Part shown: positions 46,801 through 59,810 of the stretch, one piece after another | How the letters are laid out: each line of letters starts with the position of its first letter | Position numbering within the stretch: position 1 is the first letter of the stretch | Assembly: GCA_051362555.1 (NCBI GenBank) | Contig: CM120641.1 | Location: forward strand, 47,746,401-47,810,400 | Direction: 5' to 3' | DNA: 64,000 nucleotides | From: Lingula anatina | Lineage: Eukaryota; Animalia; Brachiopoda | Notes under the pieces: model-generated | Database searches by the model: none | What the model was told of the DNA's origin: nothing | What the model saw: the letters and a program-made list of their open reading frames with translations, nothing else | Program-made: the position numbers and the translations under genes

Positions 46801-48869
46801 CCCCTTTGTCCTCCTTAATGGTTTATAATAACAAACAAGCCAGTGCAGCAGAGCTCTACTTTGGAAAAAATTAGTAAAGGTAATAGGCTGGATATGAACT
46901 AAGCAGTCAGCCAAAATGTGTCCGCTTGACCTCCTCGAACTTTGGGTTACTAATGGCCTGGGATTGTCCTTCATTATGTGCTTTGCTACGAATTATTGAC
47001 CAGACCAACTTTACAGATATTGTACCAAAATGGGTCACTGAGATTGTGATTATTTATAGAAATGTCTGCACGTAGGCCTGATTCAAATGAAAGATAGTCA
47101 TCGCTGTGACACTTATTTACATGTAAAACAGATAATCTTGTGTAACATCTCCGCCACAGAAGACGGGGGAATCAGAATGACACATAAAGATGGCGATGGG
47201 ATGGTCATTATTTCCTTTTTGAGGTCATTCATGGAGAAAGAAAAACAGTCACCTACGTAGAATTCATCCACATAAAACTCATGCTGTCTAGTACATAAAG
47301 GATGAATGCAAATCTCTTTAAAAAGTAGACCTTTCTGAAAAAAGTAGATCAACCTGAGGAACTGCATAGAACACACTAGACCAAATTTTGATTCAGAGGG
47401 GACCTTTTCCAGCTAAAAGGTGTTTTCTTTTTATCTCCCCCCCCCCCCCCCAACCACCAACACCCCCTGCCTACAGTCCTAAAGTAGAAACCAAGAAATT
47501 TTGTAGTGATATTCAATATAATTCTATTATAAACATCCAATTTAACCAGTGCCTTGTTTACTTGTCCTTTGATTGAGAGAGCTAGATGATTTCATAATTA
47601 AAGTCTTTAACACTGGCCACTGACTTACCTGTCTGCAACCCTTAGCTGACCTCCACTCATAATCAATAGTTACTCAAATGGCCATAGTGACCAGAGCACA
47701 ACCAGCATCTTGACCACTTCATCTGTGTAAATATTTAGTCTAGATTGATTTGACCAGACCAGAAAGGGATAGCAACGGGCATATAAAAAAGAGAAAAAAA
47801 AATCAAAAACAAGAAGCCCCACCCCACTGACCGCTGGATGACCGCTGAATGACCCTGGTCAGTATTTATAATTAAGCCAAGGTGGACAATGGGTAATCCA
47901 GTGTAGACCACATGACCCATGATAGCCTTGGTGTTAGTGTTGGTTGGCTTAGCCCTTATCCAGAATGTACACAGATATGGCCGCAAACTGACCCTGGTCC
48001 ACTACAGGTAGTAGACACTGAATGGTCTGACAGCCAGAGGATTATTTTCTGACCTACTGACCAGTGCTAGCTCCACCAGGTAAACACCACAATGACCAAT
48101 GACATTTTTATCCGCGTTTGGAACCATCGGGGAACTAGCCTGCTTGACCGCTAGGTGGACAGTGATAGCGTCAATGGCTGTGTAAGAATAAGGACCACCC
48201 CAGCTTCAGACAACGCACGTAATCGAGGATGATTTTACCCGTGGTATCATGAAATACTGTGACTACCTGCATCGGTTACAAATGCTGCTTTTATCATAAA
48301 AAAAAAGAGCTTCCAGGGAACGCCTTTGCAAATGCCAGGTCAGTTCAACGGTCATTTTGTCATTGCTTTGTGGGAAAAAGAAAGAAACATGGAGGTAGCG
48401 GTCATCATCTGATCACGTTTCATAAAAGGATTGGCCCAGTGGACATTTTGCAAGTGGTCATTATTTAGTGACGGCTGGCAGAATTCACCACACATAAAAT
48501 TAATATATATTTATATTTGTATGAAACGGGTCAGAAACATGATAGTCATTGTCTAGATTTTATGTTGAAATTCTGTTTCATTGGTGCCTTTTCCCTGGAT
48601 TCATTTGTAAACAATTCTTAATGGAAATGTGGATCTTGTTTACCTTCATTTACATTGAAATTTGCTTGGAAAACAGGGTTTGGTTTAGATTTAGGGAAAT
48701 CGAGTAGTGTTGTTGTTTGAAAACCATTACATACATTTTCAAAGGTTGCAGGGGAGATGTCAATGAAAAATAATCTTTTAAAAGATAAATTATAGAATTT
48801 TCATAAAATATCCATGCCTTTCTTTTAATCATGATCATTGATTTAATTAAAACAAATTTTAAGGAGTGT

Positions 48870-48900
<31 letters not shown>

Positions 48901-49456
48901 GGGCATCTAGCACAGTTTTAAGGAATCACATTCCAAGGTGCAACTACACTCTTACAGGTTTATTTTCCACAATTTCACTTAGAGAAGACAAGAATAGTTT
49001 GTGGCTTCTTGTTAATGTCTGTCAGTATATGTCTGGCAGTCCAGGAAAACCTCAAGCCCGCTTTTCTGTGTAGTTGTAATAATATACCCCGTGGTAAAAC
49101 GTCAACCAGCCTAGAGTTGTGCTGAGGAATCGTGACAATAGATAGCATGCACAGCCTAGGTAGTATTTTGTGAAACACAGTTACTGCAAGGCTGGCTGTA
49201 GGATTTCCATGAAGACATTAGATATCACCCTCGTCATTCAGTTATGTAATACGCAGTGACAATGACTTTTTTATATCTCTGGAAACTGAAATTATGCACG
49301 AATGATCGAACTGCAGTCTTTGCAGGTATTTTTTCTTTACTCTCTAGGTTTTAGAATAAAATATCATCCATTTTTTTTGCTTATTAAAGTGGAAGTTCTT
49401 AGAAGTGTTTGAATAGTGTAAAATTCCAAGCCTCTACTCTGTTCTTGAATGTTGCT

Positions 49457-49458
<2 letters not shown>

Positions 49459-49497
<39 letters not shown>
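49459..49497. repeat. (AG)n microsatellite
   Basis: Perfect AG run. Confidence 0.95.
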
Positions 49498-49498
<1 letters not shown>

Positions 49499-51803
49499 TC
49501 CATTCTGTGATTTGAAGCTTTTTCGCAATAAATATAGTGGATAAATCAATAGTTTGTTTTTAATTTTCATGACAACATAAAGGGAGGGAGGTGTGGAAGG
49601 GAAGAACCTGGTTGCATGATGTGAGATTGGATGGCAGAAATCCCACGAATGCAGCGTAAGATCAATTAGAACAAATTGAAATAGCAAGTTTTGTTCGTAT
49701 ACGCTCATTTTGTCCACTTGAAGTTGAGTTCACAAAGTTGATTAATCTATCACACTTTGCAATGTAGGATTTTGAATGAAACTAAGGATAACCTTGATAG
49801 TGTACATTTAAAAATATCAACTTTAAATTTTTATGAAATAAAACATTTGATAAAGTTTTTAATCTGTGACCCTTGACCCGGTTGTATGAGTCACATGTCA
49901 TGGCAGTGCCCCCCACCCCTCCTTCTCATTCTTACTTTACCATTAAGGGTCATAGGAAAAGTAGATAACAAATTATTTATGTTCCAACTTTGAATAGATA
50001 GTATCATGCTAGAAGTTTACCTGGAAATGGGACAGGCCTGTATGAAATTATATTATACAATGAGGGACTTATTTATAATAACATGTTCCAAATTAATTTT
50101 TTAATGTAAATTTTGTTTTTCTGAATCTTGATCCCATCGAGATGGCGTGTCAGCAATTCTGTTATAAATTGTTAAGATAACAATATCGGTTTTTGTTGGA
50201 ATATTGCAAGATATTTATTACTAGGTTGAAATAACTATAGTTATATGGCAGTGATAAGGATTGTATGTACAGTTTAAGCTATTTTTTATAGAAAAGATCA
50301 GTGGATTTGAAATAAAACAAGGGTAATGAAGATCTGTTGAGGACTAAAATATAATGTAAAAGACTATTTTCTGACTTCTTTAAATTATGGATGTAATAGC
50401 CAGTGTTCACAAAATTGAAGTAGTAATTAATACAGAAGAAAAATACTTTAAACCATCTTTGATCTTAAATGGACAGCTGGATCATGCTCTTTTTTATTGA
50501 AAAACAGTTAGAATGATCAAATTTGAAATTGTCTGTGTTGTTTTCATCTTTGGGAAAAAGGTAGATTTTACCTTAAATGACACCTGTAATTATGTGCAGT
50601 GATACATGTAGCTTTGGGTGTGAATTCTTGAGGATTATCTCCATGAGGATTATCTCCATTGCATGTGAAAATCATTTTCTTTCCTGTTTGTTGAAATAAT
50701 GTTCTAATAGTAATAATGTGCTAATAGTTTGAAAAATTGAGCCAGAGAATATTAATTATTAATGAGACTAAGTATTTTTCCTCATGCCCCAGTTAGCTTC
50801 ACAAACCAAATTTTTGTAGTCTAGAAAATGACATCATTATGTAAATTAGATAAAATTTCTCAAAAACATTTTTGATAAATTTTGTTTCCAAATTACTAAT
50901 TAATTGCTTCTTTGGTTGGCAAGACCAATCTTTCAAAACGTGACCCGAAAGATGTTTTGATAGTTGTTTTTAGCATGAATAAATAAATAAATGGAATCTG
51001 GATTAAAATCAGTTTTACAGAGTACTTTGCCCCAACAACTTGCACTCAAAGTCACTAAGGATGAGAGCACATATGAGGCCAGTAGAACAAGCTTGGATAA
51101 TGTGTGGGTTGCAAGGAAGGGCTAAGTGGTTGAATAATGAAAAAGAAGGCCTGACACCGGATGAATTTCTCAATTAGTTATAATCATGATAGGACTGAAA
51201 TATATATTGTGTGCTATATTCAGCCTGCTTTTGAAAAAACCATAGAAATTGAAGATCATGCAATAAGGGGCCAAATGGAGAGGAGTAGACGTGGATTTTA
51301 TTCTGACCAATCAGAGTTTTAAAGATTGACGCGGGAACTCTATTTGAATAAATGCAAAAGGTGAAGGTGACATGTTGCTGGGGGGGGGGGGGGGAAACAA
51401 AAATAAATCAGGATCTATTTTGACACCAATTATTTGCCTCTTATGAAATACTTTTTGTTATTTTTTTTGCCAGAAATTGGAGGCCAGGTTTGTGCCTTCA
51501 GGCCTCAGATATTCCTGAGGAGATGGCATGCTAGCTGAGAGCTGTTGACTTCTCAAGGAGGAAATTGGCCAAACAGATAATAGGGTTTCCAGTTCTAGAA
51601 AGTTTGCGGCTAATAATTTTGATCAAGTATTAAATTGTAGGCAGTTGTGTAACATGTTTTTTTCTTCTAAATATGAATCATGTTTCCAGTTGTCTTTGTC
51701 TGTTTTCAAGATAATGATGCCACGCAAATTCAGCTGGTTATTTCCAGAATGTTCTTAGCTCTAATTTGAATGTCAGCCAGTTTAGCCACTACATGTTGCT
51801 GAT

Positions 51804-51957
51804 TTTTTGAAAATATCACATTGTATCAATGTTTTTTGGAAAATGTCACATTGTATCAATGTTTTTTTTTTTATCATATCATTTCATCAATGTTTTTTTT
51901 GAAAATATCACATTGTATTTATTTTTTTTTTTGAAAATATCACATTGTATCAGTGTT
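51804..51957. repeat. Degenerate ~30 bp tandem repeat
   Basis: TTTTTTGAAAATATCACATTGTATCAATG, about 5 copies with variable T-runs. Confidence 0.8.
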
Positions 51958-53658
51958 TTACCGTCAAAGTATTGTTTTAAAATATGAAAAAAAAAAAAAA
52001 ACAAAAACAAATAGTTAAAACAGTAAAGCCATAACTGTAGATTTGTTTCAGTTCAACAATATTTGGGTGTGCGTTTGCGTGCACGAATACATGTTTGTGT
52101 AGAAAAGCTGTTGTGCATGTCGTCGTGTGTATGTGTGCTTGGTCGTGCATGCAGCCATGTAGCTAGGGCAGAGTGATAACAAAACCATTACTAGTGAGCA
52201 GCTGCAGCACTTGACATCATCAGAGGACCAGGTTATTTGTTCAACCTGTCCTTTGTCATACAAATCATTATTAAGGTCCAGTGTGCTTTTTTTTTTCCTT
52301 TTTTTTTGTCCTTCTTTTCTTTCCCCAGGCTTCTAAGCGTGGTATTTTGCGTGATATTTTGTTGGAGCTGCCTGCTGGTTCACTGTGTCTGATAAAATTG
52401 GCTTAGTTTGCACAGGTTATGAAGATGACATGCATACATGAATATGGCCACGTGGTCTAGAACGGATGGTGCACACGCATTTGAAAAGACTTTTCCTTGC
52501 TTCGTGATTTGAAATTGGTGTATGATAATGAATCTGGTTGAAACGTGGCATCTCCGAGGCCCCCTGTTCTCATTAAATGTCACACAGGGACACAGGACTT
52601 TGTCTTAGTTTTTTAATGGCTGGGCCAGTTGGACCTGTTATGACGTTTTTTTGGTCTGTGACTTGTGCCAGTTAATGTAATGAGTTTGTGCGCACACCTG
52701 TAATGGACAGGTGAATCAGAAAAGCGGGGGAAGCCTGTCATACGGTCAACCGAGCTTGAGCGTGATTAGAAATGTGAAACCATCAACCTTTCTCATTATG
52801 GCGTGATACATAATGTTCCAGCCTCTATGGTGTCACTACACAACTTGATCACTCGCAATTGAAGGACTCCTTCATGCTTCTTTGTTTGTGTGTTTTTTCT
52901 CTTTTGTATCAAAAAGGATTATTTAGACTATTTTCTTTTTTTATTTCAGTAGATAACTGTTTTTTTCTTACTTCACTAAAGTATCCAGTTTCACACATAA
53001 ATGTTACGAGCATTTTACACAGAAAACCCTAATTAGGTAGGATGATATAGTACAAAATGACATAAGCGTCATGTAGGTGATCATAAAAAGGGGACGTAAT
53101 GTACGTGGGAAATCGAGACATTAAAATAAAGGTCATATCATGCTATGAGAGAAAAAAGGATTACCACCTTAAAATGGTAGAAATGATTATACAGGCTAGA
53201 ACCAGCTGAGTGTATACTTGTAAAGTACGCAAAGGTACATTTGTGGTATACTGACAAAATTGTTCAATTATTGTCCAAATCTATCAACATAGTGTGAGTA
53301 TTACGGAGATGCTTACATTTACAAGATAGGGTATTAACCAATTGCAGGGCATTATTAGGTTTAACCATTAAGACATTGGTCAGCTTCATCAAAAATGACC
53401 TCCCTCCCCCAATTTTACACCCCAGTCTCCAGTTTAATAAAGTCTGACCCCACTTTTTACCAGTGGTATTATATAGCTCCAACCTTTTGTTTTGTAACAT
53501 TCCATGACCTCATGTCACTAGTGAATGAAGTTGAAGTGAAAACTGGGAAATACAATTTATGATTGCTCTAGCTGAAATGAGATTTTTGTAAAAACATATT
53601 TTGCTGTGTCGAGGTCAGGCTTTGACAGAGATTGCATAGAGACAGCAAAACATGCTGC

Positions 53659-54512
53659 TGTACAAGGCATGAGATCTGATGTCAGGGAGTCTTGTACAAG
53701 GCATAAGATCTGACGTCAGGGAGTCTTGTACAAGGCATAAGATCTGACGTCAGGGAGTCTTGTACAAGGCGTGAGATCTGATGTCAGTGGTCTTGTACAA
53801 GGCATGAGATCTGATGTCAGGGAGTCTTGTACAAGGCATGAGATCTGATGTCAGGGAGTCTTGTACAAGGCATGAGATCTGATGTCAGTGGTCTTGTACA
53901 AGGCATGAGATGTGATGTCAGTGGTATTGTACAAGGCATGAGATCTGATGTCAGTGGTCTTGTACAAGGCATGAGATCTGATGTCAGTGGTATTGTACAA
54001 GGCATGAGATCTGATGTCAGTGGTCTTGTAAAAGGGATATGAGATCTGATGTCAGAGGGTATTGTACAAGGCATGAGATCTGATGTCAGAGGGTATTGTA
54101 CAAGGCATGAGATCTGATGTCAGGGAGTCTTGTACAAGGCATGAGATCTGATGTCAGGGAGTCTTGTACAAGGCATGAGATCTGATGTCAGGGAGTCTTG
54201 TACAAGGCATATGAGATCTGATGTCAGAGGGTCTTGTACAGGGCATGAGATCTGATGTCAGAGGGTATTGTACAAGGCATGAGATCTGATGTCAGAGGGT
54301 ATTGCACAAGGCATGAGATCTGATGTCAGAAAGTCTTGTACAAGGCATGAGATCTGATGTCAGAGGGTCTTGTACAAGACATAAGATCTGATGTCAGAGG
54401 GTTTTGTACAAGGCATGAGATCTGATGTCAGAGGGTCTTGTACAAGGCATGAGATCTGATGTCAGAGGCTCTTGTACAAGGCATGAGATCTGATGTCAGA
54501 GGGTCTTGTACA
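53659..54512. repeat. Minisatellite, ~25 copies of a 33-34 bp unit
   Basis: Unit TGTACAAGGCATGAGATCTGATGTCAG(GGA/TG/AGG)GTCT repeated head to tail without spacers. Confidence 0.97.
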
Positions 54513-55384
54513 GTAACCACAGCAGCTGTGAGCAGGGATACTACCAATATATGCTGTAACTAGTTTTACACCATCATCATCTGTTTTGTTATCAACACAT
54601 TTTGATTATCATCAGGCTATGCTTATTAATAAAACATAGGAAGTAAAAATAAGAGAGAGATAGAAATGAACAAAGAAAGTAAGAATACCAGTGATGTTAT
54701 CACAGATTATTTACAAAGAGTAGTTTTTCTCCTTTTCTTCTGGTTTTATGCCACTTTTGGAAGTATTATTGAATGTCAAAAAGTTTTCATTTATGATAGA
54801 TCCTGAAAATTTGATTTATCTGTTGACTGTTTCGTCTGGTCACATTTGAACAGGTAATTCAGTTGTTTACCCCAGGAAAATTCATTTTTTTGGCCAAGAT
54901 GACCAGTTGTTATCCCTTTAATTTTTAAAATCTGTATCATTAAAGAAAAAGAAAGTCTATGCAATTTAGTATTTATAAGATGAGATGGCTTAATCACCGC
55001 CCTGCTGCTGCAGGTTGTGTATGTAGGCCAAAACCTGAATTATTTAACCTCACAGTTTGTGTGTTATCTGTTTTTTTTTCCTGGAACGTCTCCCGTATAT
55101 GGTTGAAAATCAAAGTGGATGTGAAAATATACTGGTCACAGGATTGAAATATTTATGTAAGAAATGTGCCGAGGTCAATACCTTATGCAATCTTGCAGTG
55201 GGGTGAAAAAAAACATCATTTATTTCTTTTTAATTATAGATATACTGTTAAAGTCTATATATTCATTTCAGTTTAGATCTTTATTACTGTGATCTATTTT
55301 ATTTAAAAAAAGGCCGAAAATACCTGATCCCAGTATGATATTGCTAATGTGTATTTAGTAAATTGTGTATGTAGTTTGGCTAAT

Positions 55385-55655
55385 TTGATAATACATGCTA
55401 CTAGAATTTGAAAATGAAAACTACTAGAATATGATAATGAATTTTAATAGCATTTGATAATGAAAACTACAAGTATATGATAATGAAAACTACTAGCAAT
55501 GGATAATAAAAACTACTAGTTCTTGATAATAAATAACTATTAGTATTAGAGAAAAAACGACTAGTATTTGATAATGAAAACTGCTATTATCAGATAATGA
55601 AAACTAGTATCATATAATGAAAACTACATGTTGTAGTATTTGACAATGAAAACTG
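55385..55655. repeat. Degenerate ~22-23 bp tandem repeat
   Basis: Recurring TTGATAATGAAAACTACTAGTA-like units, roughly 11 copies. Confidence 0.8.
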
Positions 55656-58600
55656 GCCAGTAGATGTTGTTATACAAGGTAGAATTGCTCTGACTCAGTC
55701 CTGACCACAACAATTCTAACCATATCATCAATGGTGTTTGTATTCTGATTACTGAACACAAAGCCTACATACCTGGTTGGCATAGAGAAAAAAACCCCAC
55801 AAATGAATGGCAGGGAAAACATGGGCAGCTTATTTGTTATGTAAAAAAGGGGGAGAAAGGAGGATAATTAATGTGGCGTGTTTTGGAAGGAGTTCCAGGA
55901 AAGGGACAGGGGAAAAACTGACCACTGGAAAAAAATGCAAGTCAGGAGTAGCTGTTTTATTTGATTTTATAATTTTGTTGTTCTGATTGTGTGGTCAATG
56001 ATACCCTGAGTACAATTTCCCACCATTCTTACTCTATAAAAGAGTATGAGTAGATATTTACACACAACTAGATCATCAACCAAAGATAACCTAGACTGTC
56101 AGGGTAATCAATGTCTGAGAGGAGATTTAAGTTCAATTTCCAGGGCTCGTACATATTAGTTTAAAGCTAGGCACAAGTAAATGAATGTATTACTGCAGGG
56201 TAGACGAATAATGGAGCAAATAGTCACTGAGTTTATGACACCAAATTGGGAAAGTTTATTGACCAGTTGGTGTTGGCTAGTCTCTACTGGACCCATGTCT
56301 GGAACCCATTACACTGGCTGCACTTCCACCAGGCCTTAATACAGAGACAGTTTAATCTGGGTTTCATTAGTTAAGGTCACCTAAGGATAAAAACACTGAG
56401 TGGTCAGTATGTCCATTGAGGGGTCAGTGTGATGAGGAGGGGTAGAGGGGGGTCAATGACTACAGGAATGACACCTGCTTGGCACTGGATTTTTGCCTTT
56501 CAAATTTATGGTCTAGATTTAATTGAACATTTAGACTAATTGTAATAAATCATGAAAAAGAACAAAATGGGATAAAACTGAATGGACCGAAATAAAATTA
56601 AAACATAGTGGTCAGCTAATAAATTTAGATATTTGGCCAAACTGAAAGACTATTCCAAAATGTAATCTACTGTACATAAAGTCTCAGAAGATGACAAAAT
56701 GTCAGCAACTCTCCACTATAAATTCAGACACCACACATGCATACAGATATATAATGACACATGGACGTATGTATTAGACAACAGATAATGAAATGTTTCA
56801 CCTAACTGGCCTTAGTTTAATCGCTATGGGTCATCAGGCCAGTTGTCCTTAGCCAGCCTTTCAGCCGACCGTTGGCCTTGTTCATTTACCTGACCGTCTA
56901 GACAGTTAACAAAAGTTATCCAATGTAAACAGCCCCTGGCTTTCCACCAGCCAGGCCAAATATTGACCCAAGCCAGGCTTCATTGATTTCGGATAGTAAA
57001 TGCCCACTTCACATCTGATATGGCACAAAATGAAACGTGGAGAACTGTTGTTCGTGAAGGGGAGAAGTTAAATTTCCTTTTGGCAACAGTGGTTTGTGTG
57101 TGTGATGCTTTTAGCGGGGGATCGTAACTACAGGTGTAGGTAGATCAGCTCTGCTGGCTCTGTCGTGTTATTATCTCCTCCTTCTTCTTCCTCCCTCCCT
57201 CCCCACCCACTTGAGCCTGTCTCCACCAATCCATGATATACCACATAGGCATTGTATTGAGTTACATTGTTATTGTAGAAGGTATTATTGTGAAGTGGAG
57301 GAAGAGTTCTACATAGACTTAACACCATGTGGTTACCATGCAGCCAGACTGCTGGTTCTCAGGTGAACAAGTAAACATAGCGACTGGCCCACTTCATTAG
57401 TATGCAGAGCCCGGTCCCTGGCTACAACATGGAGATTGTATTCCATGGCCTGCCTTGGGTCATGGTATGGCTGTATATCTTATTGACCCACACAGTAGCT
57501 TATGCCTTAACCTCCGTGACCTCCACTGTCTGGGCGCGCTGGATTCATTCTTCGCCTCCTAATACCCCTGACCTGGTGGTAAAATCTAGCAAGACATAAA
57601 TCTATTACCACTTGGCTTGGTAAATAGAGATCTATGTAAAGCTTGTATAATGTAGGGCATTTTTGGAGTATAAAACATTTGCTGAGGTATTCATATGTAA
57701 TATTGCTGGTGTCATTGGCTGGAGGGGTGGTATTGTCCACGGTATTGTTGGCTGGTTTTCTATGGAACGTTGAAAGGCTGAGGGACTATGGGTAATATGA
57801 GGCTTATGTCAGCAGCCCTCAAAACCACGGCTCTTCTGACAAAAAAGTTGTGGCATTTGTAGATATTTGAGAAGATGGAGGAGCCTTTGAGGATGGAAGT
57901 TAATTTTCTGATGTAAAGACCGATGTCAAAACCATTGATTTTTTCTAAAGAGAAGTATTAGAATATTAGAGAAATATATGAAGAATGAGAAATATCAATT
58001 TTTTTATGTAGCAAGAAAAAATCTGAGTGCAAATAAGTCAAGTACAGTATTTCAGTTATTCTGCACCTACGCATTTCATTTGTTTTGTTAATAAGAAGTT
58101 GTAGGATCCTGAGTTTGTTGTTTCAATGCAGTGATTAATATATGATAAAAATGGTGACATTTAAAGTCCAAAGTGTAAGATTCAAAAGAAAAATGAATAA
58201 ATAAATAAAATAAAATAAAATTAAAAAAATAATAATAATAATAAAATTTGAAAAAAAAAGATGAAAAAAAATCATAATTACAGATATTTCTGGAGTAAAT
58301 AATATTTAACTCTGTCTAACCAACCTGTGACCCTCCTTTCGGAACACTTGTCATTACTCTAACAAACTGGGAAAATTAGTCCTTAACCCATGTTTAACGG
58401 TGTATTGTACATGTTTGAAAATTCCTTGAAGTCATATTTTTTATGTTTACATATACTGTAAAGCTGCTGAACTTTTCCAATTCAGACCATGAAAACAATA
58501 AAACCCCTCAAATATAAGTACCTGACATTGATGGTTGTTTTTGAAATGTACAGGAAGATGTGGCTTTCTAAATGACTGGCCTGTGCTTCAAATTTCAAAC

Positions 58601-59397
58601 CTGATTTCAAAGATGTTTGACAGGTGGTGAGATTTGTAAGGAGGTGATAGATTATTTTGGACTATGGTGAATAAAGAATAAATTTGTGTAGAACAAGGAA
58701 GTTTCTAAAAATATAACTTGTCCAGACTCTTTATTGGAATGGTATTACTTTAAGTTACTGCTCTATTTAAGTGCTCCACATGGGAGCTTGCTGATTACTC
58801 AATACTGAAGATGATGTAAAGTAAAAAAAAATGGCAGCTTAATGATTGCGTCACAGTATTTATGCCTCTGTCAAATCTCTCCGCCCTCCCTGTCCAGTGA
58901 ACTTGGAAATATACTGGTCTATAAAGAGGAAAAGAGAAATAATATAAGTACATATAACCAGTAAAACCTCGAAGAAACTATATACGCATGTATCCAGTGA
59001 AAAAAGGAAATAAGCACATTTATCACCTTATCCAATAAAACTGAAGGAAAATAAGCACATATATCCCGTGGAAAAGAGAGAGAAAAGTAAGTAGTTGCAC
59101 CTGTTCTCACCCCTTGTGAACTGAACTGACGGGGAGAAAAGTGGTAGGAAATTTTACGGAGGGTGAAATAGCGTGGAATGGCCCCGTTTGTGTTCAGCAT
59201 GTGTTCTACATGGTCTACACTGTCTATCCATTTGTCTTGAAATTCTGCGTGACCATAAAAGACAAGCTCAAAGAACATCTAAGCATTAATTTGCACCTAA
59301 AGTTAGGTAATCTATGTTTGTTAGCAGTGAGTGGTACACCTTGAGGGAAGCCGGTGCAGTTCATCATGTTGTCCCACTCCTGTATCCAGTATGTCTG

Positions 59398-59567
59398 TGT
59401 CTGAGGGACCATTCCCAATGTCTGAGGGCCCAGTCCCAATGTCTGAGGGACCATTCCCAATGTCTGAGGGCCCAGTCCCAATGTCTGAGGGCCCAGTCCC
59501 AATGTTTGAGGGACCATTCCCAATGTCTGAGGGCCCAGTCCCAATGTCTGAGGGCCCAGTCCCAATG
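59398..59567. repeat. Minisatellite, 8 copies of a 21-bp unit
   Basis: TGTCTGAGGG(ACCATT/CCCAGT)CCCAA; variant order A-B-A-B-B-A-B-B. Confidence 0.95.
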
Positions 59568-59727
59568 AAAGTATCTTTTTACGTAGAGCTATCCAACTCC
59601 ACGAGGACTCTCAATGGATGAAATCAGATTAACAAATTTACAAGCCTCCTCTTGTTTACAACATACTCATATATAATCTGCAGTTTTTCTATATTCTACT
59701 CAATGCCAAAAGAAGGCGTGTTATTCT

Positions 59728-59810
59728 GTTAGTCTGTTGCATTCAGCGAGAGTCCCCGTGGGGTTGGATCGATCTATGTAGAACAATAGTTGCAATTGGG
59801 AATGAGCCCA
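59728..59810 (+). mobile_element. Solo diverged arm of the 39661-39915 family
   Basis: TTGCATTCAGCGAGAGTCCCCGTGGGGTTGGATCGATCTATGTAGA...TTGGGAATGAGCCC aligns with the right arm. Confidence 0.65.

Noticed and set aside
51725-51785. miR-216/283-like sequence AAATTCAGCTGGTTATTTCC
   Set aside because: Seed differs from the family and the complementary arm pairs poorly.
53659-54512. CRISPR-like array
   Set aside because: Units are contiguous with no unique spacers, there are no cas genes and the context is eukaryotic. It is a minisatellite and its ORFs are artefacts.
57128-57740. Short ORFs resembling a receptor N-terminus (DNTTPPANDTSNITY)
   Set aside because: No continuous transmembrane-domain frame or splice support.
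59224-59621. Repetitive heptad ORFs (LGPQTLG etc.)
   Set aside because: A 21-bp tandem repeat that is open in several frames; no coding evidence.
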